DNA from: Marsupella aquatica
Taxonomy: Eukaryota > Plantae > Marchantiophyta
DNA length: 64,000 bases
Assembly: GCA_973895155.1 (NCBI GenBank)
Contig: OZ316896.1
Coordinates: 15,312,476-15,376,475 of the forward strand
Reading direction: 5' to 3'
The notes beneath the pieces are model-generated. The model had not been told where the DNA came from and ran no database searches. It saw only the letters and a list, made by a program, of their open reading frames with translations. Shown here one piece after another: positions 1 to 12,381 of this stretch. How positions within the stretch are numbered: position 1 is the first letter of the stretch; each line of letters opens with the position of its first letter. Position numbers and translations under genes: made by a program.

Positions 1-79
1 TGATTGAGAGCAATTTTACATGACCACACAAAATTAAATAAATGAAATAAATAAGTATGTAACATTTTTTTCCGCCCTC

Positions 80-620
80 GTTGAGGACTGGAGCTCCATC
101 CCAGCTTTCCCAAGTAATTGTTGACGAAGTTTTCCTCCCCTAAGAACTGTTGATGAAGTTTTCCTTTTCATCACAATTGTTGATGAAGTTTTCCCGTTTT
201 GGTTGTAATTCATCATGATCAAATTCATCGTGATTGAGGGTGACGCTTTCCAATTGTACAGTAGTTGAAGGTTTTAGCTATAAATTATCAAGGCCAGAAT
301 CTTAGTAGAGAATTTGATGAAGTTTTCCAGTTTTACTCGCAAATCTTCACCATCAAGTCAATCGTTGAGGACTGCAGCTACATCCCAGCTACCCAATAAT
401 TCTTGATGAAGTTTTCCTTCCCATCGAGTGTTGATTGAGTTTTCCACTTATTTGTAAATCATCAAGAACAAATTCATAGTAGAGGATTGAATGAAGCTTT
501 CCAATTCTACTTGCAAATCTTTCAAGCCAAGTCCATCGCTGAGGAGTGCAGCTGCATCCCAGCTTTCCCGATATTGTTGATGACGTTTTCCTTTCCCAAC
601 AATTGGTCAAGAAGTATTCC
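80..620. repeat. Degenerate interspersed direct repeats (GAGGACTGCAGCT-CATCCCAGCT and TTGATGAAGTTTTCC units)
   Basis: GAGGAnTGnAGCTnCATCCCAGCT at ~84, ~368 and ~541; TTGATGAAGTTTTCC-like units at ~121, 150, 180, 316, 403 and 577. No recognisable ORF. Confidence 0.6.
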
Positions 621-2079
621 GTTTCAGCTGTCAATCATCAAGATCAAATTCAAAGTCGAAGATAACCATTCGTTCAAGTGCATAGTCAAGGGATGCTGTC
701 CATGATGAGCTAATCTGGATTTACAAGTCAACGGAAAATGTAATCAATTCTACATCCACAAGAGTTGAGCTATCAAATCATTGGAGAGGCATCTGCAATG
801 TGATCCCGCTGAGATAATTGAGAAGTCCCCACAGTAACCTATGAGCAGACATCATGATTGGCAACATTGGCACAGCTGCAGCCGATCTGATCAATTTCGA
901 TATCGTCGACACCTAGATTTGCAAGCTCTTGAAATACATTTCCTTGCTGCCTTTAATCACCCGAATTTGATCCTGATTTCTAGAGGTTTCCCGCTGACTT
1001 GTCAAATGATCTCCGTTCGTTTTACTGTAGGTTTTCCATGGCCTCTGGTATTCAATTGCTCTTGACTGCAGCTGTTGATTTGCCATCTCTTTTCGATTGC
1101 CTCCGTTCCTCATCGATTACCACCGTTGCCGTTTTTCCAGGCAGCTATAACTGCAGATGTCAATTCCCTTCAGAGTGCCTTCAGTCAACCTCCGTAACCA
1201 CTCTTGATCCTGTGGAAGTCCAAAATCTAATTCTGGGCTTCCATTTCCAATGCGTTGGGCAGACTGTAAGCTACTTTTTATCTCCAACCTGTCCCAAATT
1301 GCAATTTGAATGCAATTGCAGTTTTGAAAAATCTGCGCAAACGAATCCATTTCTTCCGCTTTATTGCAAAGATGCATCGAATTTCGTAAAACGACGGCCA
1401 ACTGTTAGCATGGGATGCAAGTTTCCCGGCAGTCTGCAATCTTGAGTACCGTTAATTGGGCTATGCTCTGCGTATCCGTTGATTATCCCATCAAAGCCTT
1501 CGAACCTGAGCATGTGAATATGAAGCTCACTTTCGAGAACTGAAAAGCAGAAAACTGATGAGGCGTGATAGACAGATGAGAGAGATGATCTTCCCACCGC
1601 ATTGAATCAGTTTACTAAGCTCCGCGTCTGCGCATGATGCCTTTCCTGACATATTACTTCATCACCAAGGCAAGAAGGTTCAACAAATTGAAGAGAAAAT
1701 CAAAGCACTGCGCCATTTACAGTACGAAGTGCTCCAAATCGTGCCACGAAGAGCACAGACCGAATGAATAGATTCAATTTGTCAACAGCCCTGCTTCTCT
1801 TGCATGGTGTGACTAGAATTACACAAATCAAATGAATATGAAACGTTACATCAAGGGCTCGGAGGACAAGCCCTCATGCCACTGCATGCGGTCCGAGAGA
1901 TGCCAATAGCTGATAAGAAGTGGATCTCTGTAAAAATTTCGCCGTCGAGATTGCTCGCATGGATTCACCAGGAGTCGCTACAGGTGATGGAAGCCCTTTC
2001 GTTTCGATCAATGCGCGGTATTACTCACTCCCTCATCCAAGAGGCAAAGCTCCAGCCTGGTGTCGTGCAGCATTGTCAA

Positions 2080-2217
2080 CACCGAGGACTTACAATCCAT
2101 AGAACCGATGAGACGACTACACATTGCTAAAATAGAGTTTCGTGTAGCACTGTTACCACCACCGAGGACTAAGAATCCAACAGGACGGATGAGACGACAA
2201 CACATTGCTAAAATAGA
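2080..2217. repeat. ~80-bp tandem duplication downstream of the fucosyltransferase stop codon
   Basis: CACCGAGGACT...GATGAGACGACnACACATTGCTAAAATAGA occurs at ~2080 and ~2160. Confidence 0.85.
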
Positions 2218-2259
2218 AAGTCGTCAATTAAAATGATGTGCTCTACAAGACTGTAACAT

Positions 2260-4029
2260 CTACTCGCCCGTGTTCAGTACTGACTCCTCATTCGAAGGAT
2301 TGCTCTCATGGTCCGTGATCAGCTGCAGTCCCGTGCTGTCTTTCTGGAGGCACTTCTGGATGTAAGGAACGGAATCGAGTATACTGCGTCCATGGACCTC
2401 GGGGTCATGGGGGCAGATGAACGTCTCCGCCGCTTGATCGAAGCAAACGTCGACTGACTGTGCCCTCTCACACGCTGGGCCGCCATCGTCGTCGACGTTG
2501 ATGAACCAGGGCCTGAGAGCTCCATAGGCTTGCGCCAGGCCCCCGAACGTAGACACGGGAGTGACGAGCAATGCGTCCGAGAGACTTAGGCAGATGATCT
2601 CAACAAATGCCTCAACATCGACTTCCGACCCGAAATGCTGAGCCTCGCTCTCGTGCGTCAGCTGGACCAGCCCCACCCCCTCGCCGGTTGCCGTCATCCT
2701 CTTCACGTAGATTTCGCTGAGGTAGTCGTGCAGGCCCGGAAAAAGAGAAGCAATGAAGACCTTGCTCGTGTTCCGTAGATGATGATCGTAGTCTTTGAAT
2801 TCTCCAGCAGGGAGAGCTGTGGGAAGAAGCTTGTTAGCGGTGACACACTGTAGCACTCTCTGGTTCACCAAATCGTTCATCTTCTTGTACTGCGGAAGAT
2901 GCCTGAAGTATCTCAGCTGCACCCCAACCAAACTCTGGGTATGCCGCAAGTACAAATCATTGATGTCGTCTATCCTCTCCCAGATGTGATCAGACGGGAG
3001 GAACACTGTTCGGAGGATGTGAGTGAGAGCCATCCGGTCCGGGAACATGTCCTCCAGTGCTGGACGAAATGCGGGAATGGCGAAGAGTTTGGGAAGAAAG
3101 TACAAGCACCCGGACATGGAGATCCATGGCACCTTGCTCATGTACGCCTGTTCGGTGTCGCAGTAGTACCTGTCCAACGGCTGGAGCTTGTCAGCGAAAT
3201 CCACAGCATGTAATTCGTCAGGTTGGGGGGGGTTCTTGAACTCCGTCATATCGACCCAGAGTTGAAACTCGCTCCGGGTGTGCCAGAAATCTCGGTAGTT
3301 GCCTACTTCGGAGGGATCCTTCAGCTTCCAGGAGGAACCGACGAAGGGCTCGCAGAGATGCTCCGTGATGTTGAGGTTGTCCGGGATCAGAATAACTCTC
3401 TGGGTGAGAATGGCGAAGAGCAAGGCGGAAGCTTTGAAGAGAATCTTGTTGCCCAGGCCCACCTTCGGTAGCTCCACCACCAGAAACTTACATCCTGTGC
3501 TGGTGTTTCTGCTCAGGAAATGCTCCGTGATGTTGCCCGCTTGACTGATACATGTCCTGTGCATCGTCGTGTACTCTTCGAAAACCTCTTCCCACGCAGG
3601 ATTGGGAAGCAAGTCCTGAGCGATATTGCGGCTGGCGTACATCATTGGCAGCTCCCACCGGCTCCTGCAGGAGTTCTCCATGTGCCATTGGTCTTCCTCT
3701 TCTGCCTCGAAAAGCACTTCTGGACCAGAACTGGCAGCTCTCACTGTGGCAGACCTCAGCGCGTTGATAATGTCGTTCGCTGAGTGGAATGAGACGGCTG
3801 ATTCTCGAGATTTTTTCGCCTGTATTGGCGTGTACTTGTTATAGTTGGAGGCGATGTGCCTGATGTCTTTTAACGATAGAAATTTGGAGTATGTTGCCAG
3901 CCCTGAGTTGTTGCTACACGAACTGCTGACCCAAAGCAGAAACGAAAGCGTCCCGAACGTTGCGTAGAAATATGCGGCACGCGAGAATGGTTTCACCAAC
4001 CGGGGTGGACTTTTGGGGAATGCCACCAT
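2260..4029 (-). CDS. Xyloglucan galactoside 2-alpha-L-fucosyltransferase-like protein (GT37), intronless
   Basis: Long ORF with an N-terminal type II membrane anchor (AYFYATFGTLSFLLWV) and GT37 motifs: CKFLV..GLGNKIL, LFAILTQRVILI, LCEPFVGSSW, YFLPKLF, VGVQLR, LSLSDALLVTPVSTFGGLAQAYGALRPW. Start placed at the ATG before the anchor (4029); the ORF stays open to 4149. Confidence 0.92.
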   Translation of the reverse strand: MVAFPKSPPRLVKPFSRAAYFYATFGTLSFLLWVSSSCSNNSGLATYSKFLSLKDIRHIASNYNKYTPIQAKKSRESAVSFHSANDIINALRSATVRAASSGPEVLFEAEEEDQWHMENSCRSRWELPMMYASRNIAQDLLPNPAWEEVFEEYTTMHRTCISQAGNITEHFLSRNTSTGCKFLVVELPKVGLGNKILFKASALLFAILTQRVILIPDNLNITEHLCEPFVGSSWKLKDPSEVGNYRDFWHTRSEFQLWVDMTEFKNPPQPDELHAVDFADKLQPLDRYYCDTEQAYMSKVPWISMSGCLYFLPKLFAIPAFRPALEDMFPDRMALTHILRTVFLPSDHIWERIDDINDLYLRHTQSLVGVQLRYFRHLPQYKKMNDLVNQRVLQCVTANKLLPTALPAGEFKDYDHHLRNTSKVFIASLFPGLHDYLSEIYVKRMTATGEGVGLVQLTHESEAQHFGSEVDVEAFVEIICLSLSDALLVTPVSTFGGLAQAYGALRPWFINVDDDGGPACERAQSVDVCFDQAAETFICPHDPEVHGRSILDSVPYIQKCLQKDSTGLQLITDHESNPSNEESVLNTGE

Positions 4030-4774
4030 GATGACTGACGAGAATGAACAACAACACGAACCAAGCTCTCGCCACAAACCCCTCAAAATCGTCAATCGAT
4101 TCTCCGCCGCGGGAGAAATTCCCATGAGAAACCACAAGGTCTCGACCACTGACAGTTCCCTCCTTCCCGTCCTGCATTCTCTGATGAGCGACGCCGTCGT
4201 CGCCTCGAGCTCAAATCAACCACCACCAGACTGATGCTTAGCCGAGATCAAATTGAATGCCAACTACAACACGTTGTGTCGACAGAAGGGCGTTTTGCTG
4301 TAAAGTTCTGGTGAACGGGACTGTGGAGGGACGACGGATGACCCCTCCCTCGGCAATGACTTCTGCAGACAATCCAAGCTTTCCTCCCCCAGGCGAGCCT
4401 GATGAGGCCGTCATGGAGGTATCTTGCCACACCCCGATTTTCATAATTCCTCGCTCCCCTCTGGTGGCCGATTCGACCCCCATGACCATGACAGAGACAC
4501 AAGAAAATCTTCCGATTCCCGTCACCGATTCCCATGGAAGAGGACTGTATCCATTTCACAACAACAGTGTGGTCGAACGTAAACGACGAATGCGGCACCG
4601 GAGAATGCATGAAGGAGAGGGCGGATCACACAACTTTCCTTTCAACACTATTCTTTGCCAAGAATCGGGAGGTTGAGCAGTGTGGGCCGATAGGTAGCAT
4701 CCGATTTGTGTGCATACCGATAAAATAGAATAGCGGATCGGAAGCCAGAACAAGTGGGCAGGGAGGGCTGAGTT

Positions 4775-4803
4775 GACTCACTCACTGACTCACTCACTCA
4801 CTC
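4775..4803. repeat. (ACTC)n microsatellite upstream of the fucosyltransferase
   Basis: gactcactcactgactcactcactcactc. Confidence 0.8.
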
Positions 4804-4954
4804 CCTCCCCCAGGCGGGCCGGACGGGCACGGATCACGGAGAGGTGAAGATTGAGCTGCAGGTTTGCCTTCCTCGGCGGCCCTACGGAAGGAGGATCATC
4901 ATCGCCACGAGAGAAGCCGTCCATGAGACAACTATACGACTCGACGGACTCGAA

Positions 4955-5273
4955 TTTTTTTTTTCATCGATTCGCTCCCAGGGATCGTCGATTGATTCCG
5001 TCTCGTCGTTTGGTGGAGGCTGAAAATTTCTCCTCTCCCTCGTGAAGTTGTGATGCGTCGATGCATTCGCAAATCTTCTACCTACAGTCAAGATTTGGAG
5101 AAACGCGTTAAGGTCAGCAGAATCTTTTTATTCATCGATTCGTTCCGGGGGATCGTCGTTTGATTCCGTCTCATCGTTTGGTGGAAGCTAAAAAAAATTC
5201 CATGTCCCTCGTGAAGTTGTGATGCGTAGAGCATTCGCACATCTTTCTACCTACACTCGAGATTTGGAGAAAA
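4955..5273. repeat. ~165-bp diverged tandem duplication
   Basis: TTCATCGATTCG...GGGATCGTCG..TGATTCCGTCTC...CCCTCGTGAAGTTGTGATGCGT...AGATTTGGAGAAA occurs twice (~4960-5103 and ~5130-5273). Confidence 0.9.
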
Positions 5274-5483
5274 GTGAAAGGTCGGATGTTTCAAAGCCAA
5301 AAAAAGTGTTAAAGGTCTAGTCTTTCATTCACTTTCTTCTTTCACTCGTTCCTTGACACATCAGCGCCGCTTTTATCCAGTATTCTGTCTCACAAAAACG
5401 GAACCATATGCATAAGATGATTTATCAATGTTTGAAAACTTTAACCTAATGTTAAGATCGGCCACTTATTCCTTTATGGGATA

Positions 5484-6100
5484 CTAGCTCCATGCATGTG
5501 CATTGCACAAAACATATCAGCAGAGCAACATATCAGCAGAGCAACATATCTTGAAGTGAGAACACATGTCAAGGTGAGTAAAAGAAATTGAGATGAGAAA
5601 AAAATTTAAAGGTGGGAAAAATATGTTGAGGTGAATAAAGATCTGGTGGTGCAATAAAGAAGTCAAGGTAGAAAAATGATAAGATGTCAAGATGAAGAAA
5701 AATGTCAAGGAAAGGAAAAGAAGTTGAGGTCAGATAAGATATTGAGGAGAGAAAATATGTCAAGCTGAGAAAAAAATGTCAAGGTGAGACAAAGATGATT
5801 GAGAAAAAGATGTCAAGGTGAGACAACTATGTTGAGTCTAGGAAAAGATATCAAAGAGAGAAAAGATGTTATGGTGAGATAAAAATATTAAACTGAGAAA
5901 AAGACAACGAGATGAGAAAACGATGTCAAGGCGAGGTAATAAGGTATAGGCTTGTGATGTAGTTATTGACACATGTTATGTGTGATCCTGACATACAGTT
6001 GTTGTGGTCGTGTTCAATACCGTTTGCACATAAGATGTTGCAAAAAAAATGTCATTGCATACAAGATGTCTATGTCAAAAAAAATGTTGTTGCAAAATTG
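5484..6100 (-). mobile_element. Degenerate non-autonomous Helitron fragment
   Basis: ACTAGCTCCATGCATGTGCATTGCACAAAA at 5483 is a decayed copy of the Helitron 3' end seen at 12381 and 25783, followed by AAGATGTC-rich internal repeats. Confidence 0.6.
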
Positions 6101-7474
6101 ACAAGGGAGAACTCGAGATAGGCGATGACAACCGAGACAGGCATATTCACACAACACAATGGTAGGTGGAAGATGACATCCCCCTCCTCCTCATGGCCTC
6201 CTGTCCCCCTTTCTCTTGGGCTGCCTCTCTCGCTCCTAAATGATTTTCCTCTTTGTAGCCAATTCTACTCCATGATACTCTTTTCATAATCTTGTGCCCT
6301 GAATTTCATAGTAGGAAAACATTTTTCTGGTCAGTACTGCCCTTCTTGACTTTTCTCTTCGTAATTTTCAGTTGGGTTGGCTCATTGCTAAACTTCTCCT
6401 CTAATTTTACTAAGACTAGTAAAATAAAGATCTCTTAGACATTAGTGTATTAATGTCCTGGTCCCCTGACATTATTCCTGATTATCTCTTTGAAATAGTT
6501 CTCTTTTGTCAGGCCCGCAGTGCCCCGAAAAGAGGATGCTACTATATTCTAAAAATGTGGGGAAAATTGTGCATCTAAATTGATGTCGGCACATGGGTTA
6601 CTGTCTATAAGTTTGCATCTGGAGTGTGAGAACTCGTATGAAAATAAGCTGGCCAGGAGCACCCCAGTTAGAATACATTGTGGGACATAATGGGGAGTCT
6701 CAAACCAAACATTGATGTACACTAACTACTACGTTAAGGTTATGGACAGAAAAAGTTATTGAATACCAAATTCATGCTTGGTAACTTTTTGTCACAAAGA
6801 AAAATCATATGCCATGATAGCAGATCTGAATATTTTTATTTTTCAAAGAACAATCACGTGCCATGACCATAAGTAATTGTAGAGGCTAGAGAGAAACAAC
6901 CAAAAAATGTTTACAGAACCCTGTGAGAAAAATTTCAGCCGTTTCTTTATGGTCCAAGGCATCAGCAATAACAATGAGGCTTTTGGGTCACCCTAGTGTT
7001 CCAACCACAAGTGCTTTAGCTCAAGGTTGAGGGGAGATTATGATACAAAAGGCCCATAACCAGAACTTTACCTTACTTAAAGCTTGAGTGAGTTTTGGAA
7101 AGAAACAAATAAGTAAACACACTTGAGCTAGGGTCATGCACTATTGTCTAAAGAAAGAAGAATTTAAAATGACAGGATTTTAGGCCATGCAAATAGCAGC
7201 AAATTATACTTTTTGTTTTAAATATGCCTAGATTGATGGGTCATAATGTACTCCTCAAAATAAGGTGTGTATTGTAGAAAATGAATGCCCTCAAAATATA
7301 AAGCCAAAACTCAAGAAAAACTTTGTTTCAAACCATGTGTGGGGCTGGTTAAATGTGCTGCACAACTCTACTACCTTCATGCCCTTTGTGATTTTTCTCG
7401 TTGCAATTTTCAAGGCATTCATGGATAAGAATGCACAGTCACTCAAGATTTGGATCAGCTCATTGCAAAGTTTC

Positions 7475-7818
7475 TGTTGAGCATAGACTACAATCGCAAC
7501 GGCAAGCCCATGAACCATCCAACGCACAAGAGTCAACACAGAGGGATACGTGGTTCACCTCCACATGAGACTACGTCCACGGGAACACACATGAGCTTTA
7601 CTGCACTCTAGGCTGACCGGCCATACCAAACATCCACAGCGCAAGCTCTCTTTATCTCTCAACTAGCTCTGTAACAATGAGCCTGAGTTCCCATCTCCAA
7701 GCAAACATCGTTTGGGTATATAGTGTGCACAGCATGACTAACCTAACCAAGTTTGCGATTAAGGTTAGCCTTAACTATGGTACAATTGTTACTCTAGACC
7801 TAAGAGTAAATCCTAACA
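7475..7818 (+). mobile_element. Solo LTR, family A, with 5-bp target-site duplication GTTTC
   Basis: TGTTGAG...CCTAACA termini with GTTTC on both sides (7470-7474, 7819-7823). Homologous to the copies at 8578, 22098 and 39454. Strand is relative orientation only. Confidence 0.9.
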
Positions 7819-8577
7819 GTTTCTATTATGCTTAGTTTACTAAAGTTTTTACAATGGTAATCTTGCGTTATAAGGATTGCACACTGTGTTAGAAGAAAAT
7901 CTCACACAGAATGGTACCTCTGGTGGGCCTGAAGGTCCATTGGGAGAGAGTGTGCATCTTTTGGTCTATTAAGTACAAAATTTATGTTTGGAGGTCCATG
8001 TTCGCACAAGTATGCCAGACTTGTGCAAACATGATAATCCCTACAACACTATGTGTAGCACGGATGCTATTCCAAACCAGGTTCCAAACCACATTGTTTG
8101 GGGTAAATGTTTTATGTGTGACATCACCTTGTGGTAATTTTCAGAATTTTAATTAGAAAAATATAAGCTGGGGATTTTCCCCGCCTGCAATCCAATTGTA
8201 CCAGTTTGGCTTGCTTGAAGACGATTTCCCCTTTATACAAATTCACTGGCAACAGTAAGTAATTGTTGATGAGATTTTTTTCTGTATGCACATTATACTC
8301 AACATCTCTTGGGATTTCCCTTTGCTTGTTGATTCTGTAGTGAAGTCTACCATTGTGACATATACATTTTAAACATACAGCCAAACCATCAAGTCCACAA
8401 AGTTCAGAAAAAAATGAAAATGACATAAATGCACATAGTGATATGGTATGTCTGTAGCAGAAGTGTTAAATGTTGAGAATGAGAATTCTCAGATTGTAAG
8501 ATGCAAAGATTGGTTCGCCGGGAGTATCTAACAAAATCACCTTCAAAATCTATGTACAGAATGACAAGCTATGGTTG

Positions 8578-8933
8578 TGTTAGGCATTTACTCTTAGTCT
8601 AGGGTTACGACTATAACCATAGTTGGGAACCGTAGTTAGGGCTAATCATAGTTGTAGACTAGGTTAGGTTAACTAAGTTCCACACTATATCATAAACGGT
8701 GTGTTGCTTGGATAGAAGGAACTCAGGCTCATTGTTACGGAGCCAGTTGAGAGATAGAGAGATCTTGTGTTATGGAGACTCGGTATGGCCGACGGGTCTA
8801 GAGTGTAGTAAAACTCTTGTGTGTTCCTATGGACATAGTCTCAGATGAGGTGAACCACGTATCTCTTTGTGTCGCATACTTGTAAGTTGGATGTTCATAG
8901 GCTTACGGTCGTGGATGTCATCTTTGCTCAACA
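8578..8933 (-). mobile_element. LTR copy, family A, inverted, no TSD
   Basis: TGTTAGG...GCTCAACA is the reverse-complement homolog of 7475-7818. Flanks GGTTG/AGAAG do not match. Confidence 0.8.
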
Positions 8934-10469
8934 AGAAGTACAACCTACCTGAAAAGTGATAAAAACAATTATTTGAACTAAGAATGAGTTGAACCCGACC
9001 TAATCTAAACAGTGGGTGAAACCAAAGGTACCCCTAACAAATATGGTTTTGTTTCGAGAACACCCCAACTCACCCTACAAGAAGCTAACGCAAAATGGAT
9101 GGCAAACCCAAGGACTTGGCAGTCCTGCTAAAGACATGGAGAGCAGCACCAAATGATGGGGACCAATGGCAATGTACCTAGACACAACAACACTAAACAT
9201 TGACATAATAAGAGCATCCTGTTGTGTAAAAAATTGCAAAGTAAGAAGCAACCACTTGAATACTAAGAAGGGATCGGAACCCAACAAATAGGTGCAATGC
9301 ATAGGAGGAAAGTGTAAGGTGAAGCCCTCCCACTGCAGGTCAAATTTGCGCCACAAGAGGCCCACTGCTAAAATTGAGCGGGCCTGAAGAATACAACCTT
9401 GAAAGTTAGTATTCTGCCTCCAGTCTATTGACTTGAAAATTGAAGGGGGCACGGATGTCTTCTAGTACTAAGTATTGGATGTGTGCAATGACACTTTAGT
9501 GCTAGAGACCCATGTTGGATAGCTTGCTCATGTTCTTTGTGGTGTCACCATGATCCATCATTGAAAAGGGTCATCAAAACTGTCATTTGATGTGAAATGC
9601 CCCCTTTACATCATACTGCAAGAAATATCTTTTACCTTTCATACCAAAGAGTTGTGTATTGGGTAAGAGATATTTCTCTTACATGGTGTATAGTTCACAC
9701 TGACAAACAATTGCATTTGTACGTTATCCATTTCTGTGACCACATGCCCCTTTACAAGTTCTTATTATCGCGACCTTACACTATCTTCACTATAGCCTAT
9801 TTTCTATTTTCCTGGTATATGAACAAATTGATTGAACTGTTTCTCTTACATGCTGTATTTACACTCTGTGTATAGTCAGTGTTTGAATAAAAATGCTCAG
9901 AGTCTTCTTAAAATGTGCATCACAAAGTTAGGTTTTACACGTACTCTTCAATATTTTGTAAGGCCCAATATTGAAAATCTGAACTTTAGGGGAGGATGGT
10001 TCTAGGCCCCCCACCCCATGAGGCTTGGGGTTATGCACAGTCATTGGCATTTCCGGGCTGTTATTGATCTGGGACGTTGAGGTGTTTAGGGGTTATGAGG
10101 GTTTACTACTCGATCTGCAAGCTTTATGGCTCATTGAGTTTTGCTTGTAGGTGCTTCAGTTTCTGGCCACCCAATGGCACACTGTGCTGTTGGTGTTCCG
10201 TCTATCGCCGGGCTTTCACGGTTTTAAATTTATATGAAAATCACCTTTCAAGGAATAATTAGCTGAACTTTTAGCCTAGTATTGTCATGGTACTGAACAA
10301 GCACTCTAAAATATGTTGTACCATACAAAATGTGAATGATTAGGTGAACTTTCAGCTCAGCATTGCGACGGGGACCTATAAAATGGCCCAGAAAATAGTA
10401 TACACCGAATTGTCAAGTATATCGTGACCACACCCACCTTTGGTCACGTGCATTTTTATTTACGTTTTG

Positions 10470-11210
10470 CGTGAACCAGGATGAAATACGACCTGCAGAT
10501 GAGTACTCCCCTGGGAACGACTTTGCGGGTCATAATGAAAATAATAATACATCGTCGCCTATCCCCAGATCGACCGACACTCAAAAAGCAGCACCCGTAG
10601 ATCAACGAGTCAGATCTTCCCGGGGCCCCCAGACCCAGCCAAAAAGTTCCACAAGTACGAGACAAAACTGTACCTAATGCGTACCATCGGGTACACAAAC
10701 CCGAGAAAATCATTCGCCCGAACGATAAAAGGTTCGGTACTTCGGTACTGTGATGGACCACAGTCGTCACCTCAGACAAATGTCTCCGTACTCAACCGTA
10801 CCAGAAAGTACCGTACTTTCGAACTGTAGCGGGTGGGTCACAGTCGGCGTGGGTTCCACGAAACGTACTGTACGTTTTGAGTGGTAAGAAGTTGTACTTC
10901 TGTACGGGAGAGGGGTGGAATCAATGGACGAGAGGCAAAACTTGGGCTTCAATCCAGGGTTTTGAACCGGGTCGGGGACGACCGGACTTGGGTCCGTGTC
11001 TCCCTGACTTGAGACGCTCTTGAGTGGGCTTACCGGGTAGTTTCCGTGGCCTCCGGCATAGAAAGACACCCCTGGTGATAATGCTAGTTTTTTCCGGTGG
11101 TCAAGGTCAAGGTACGTACACTGTTTACCGAGTGTTAATACAACTGATCAAGGTGGAGCAAATTGTAAGATACACTCATGAACCAGAAGGGCGTCTCAAA
11201 CCCTGTTCCG
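10470..11210. mobile_element. Possible non-autonomous DNA transposon remnant (GTAC/ACCG-rich)
   Basis: Dense GTAC/GTACCG short motifs. CAGGG-type ends on the minus strand at ~11074 and ~11205. No paired TIR or TSD established. Confidence 0.3.
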
Positions 11211-11489
11211 CCCTAAACTCAGGGGTCTCATCAAGTAACCCTTTTCATTTTGGGGGTCTATCAAGTGTATACCCCTGTCAAAAATGGGTGTTTCTTTAAA
11301 AAGGCAGTCAGTGCACCAGAGAATAGTCCCGGCTCACCAGAGAATAGCCCCAGCAAAGTGGGTGCCCTTTCAAGAATTTTTGGCACCCTTCAGAAAAAAT
11401 GACCAATTCAAGAAATTGTGTATTGAGCTTGCCTTTTGCCTCTCGTTTGAGAGTGTAGAAGTGGGAGATACCTAGATGCCAGGCTCCCC

Positions 11490-11650
11490 AAACTTGGTCC
11501 CTGGAAGTGACTTGCCAAATCGACCAGGTTGAATCCATATGAAATGCATAGACCAAGCCCATGGTCAAAGTGTCAAACTTGGTCCCTGGAAGTGACTTGC
11601 CAATTGACCAGGTTGAATCCATATGGAATGCATAGACCAAGCCCATGGTT
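11490..11650. repeat. ~85-bp tandem duplication
   Basis: CAAACTTGGTCCCTGGAAGTGACTTGCCAA...GCATAGACCAAGCCCATGGT occurs twice. Confidence 0.9.
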
Positions 11651-11764
11651 ACAAACTGTCAAGTCATTACCCACTTACTGATTGATTGACCAACGTTATG
11701 AATAGTGAAATATATTCTCTCCCACAATAATTGCTTACCTATTGGAGTTGCCCGGAATGTGACA

Positions 11765-12022
11765 AAATTGGGTGAGTAGGCTGTCATGTAGTCACAAATC
11801 AAGGGTGAGTTGAGCAAGGACCAAATATGGGTGAGTAAACTTAGCCACATATCTAGGGTGAGTTGAGCATGAACCAGGTAGACTGTTATTTAGCCACAAA
11901 TCTAGGATGAGATGAAATTGGGGTGCGTAGACTGTGACTTAGCCACAAATCTAGGGTGAGTTTGAGCTTGACCAAATTGGGGTGAGTAGACTGTTATCTA
12001 TCTACAAATCTAGGGTGAGTTG
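11765..12022. repeat. Degenerate tandem repeat (CACAAATCTAGGGTGAGT / AAATTGGGGTGAGTAGACTG)
   Basis: GGGTGAGT-like cores recur about 9 times with shared flanks. Confidence 0.75.
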
Positions 12023-12381
12023 GCATTCTCTCTCAGTTGAACTACTTAGGGTTTGAATAGGGGCTGAAACTGCCAGAAGTATTTAGGGGCATGCTCCGCT
12101 CTTAGTCACCAGCAAGAGCTGCATCAGAATGAAACCACTACAAGTTCACAACACACTGCCCCACAACCCCAAAGTATCATGAATCAATCTGTGCAGGTGC
12201 AAATTATTCATTTTGGGGGGCTCCATAGCAGTTAACATCCTTCATTTCACAAAAATCTTTTCCGTATAACTCCTTTGATTGACCAAACTTATGGATTGTG
12301 GGGTATACTCTCTCCCTCAATATTTATCCAAAAGATTTCTTTCACTAGGTGAGGAGTCGTTACCCAGGGTGTTATTAAGTA

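Noticed and set aside
900-1600. Short ORFs possibly from a decayed gene
   Set aside because: Fragmented, with no motif I could identify.
6500-8100. Stop-riddled reading frames flanking the solo LTR
   Set aside because: Probably old transposon coding remnants, but no diagnostic motif was recognisable.
7475-8933. Inverted LTR pair as the TIRs of a single element
   Set aside because: The left copy has its own 5-bp TSD, so it is an independent insertion.
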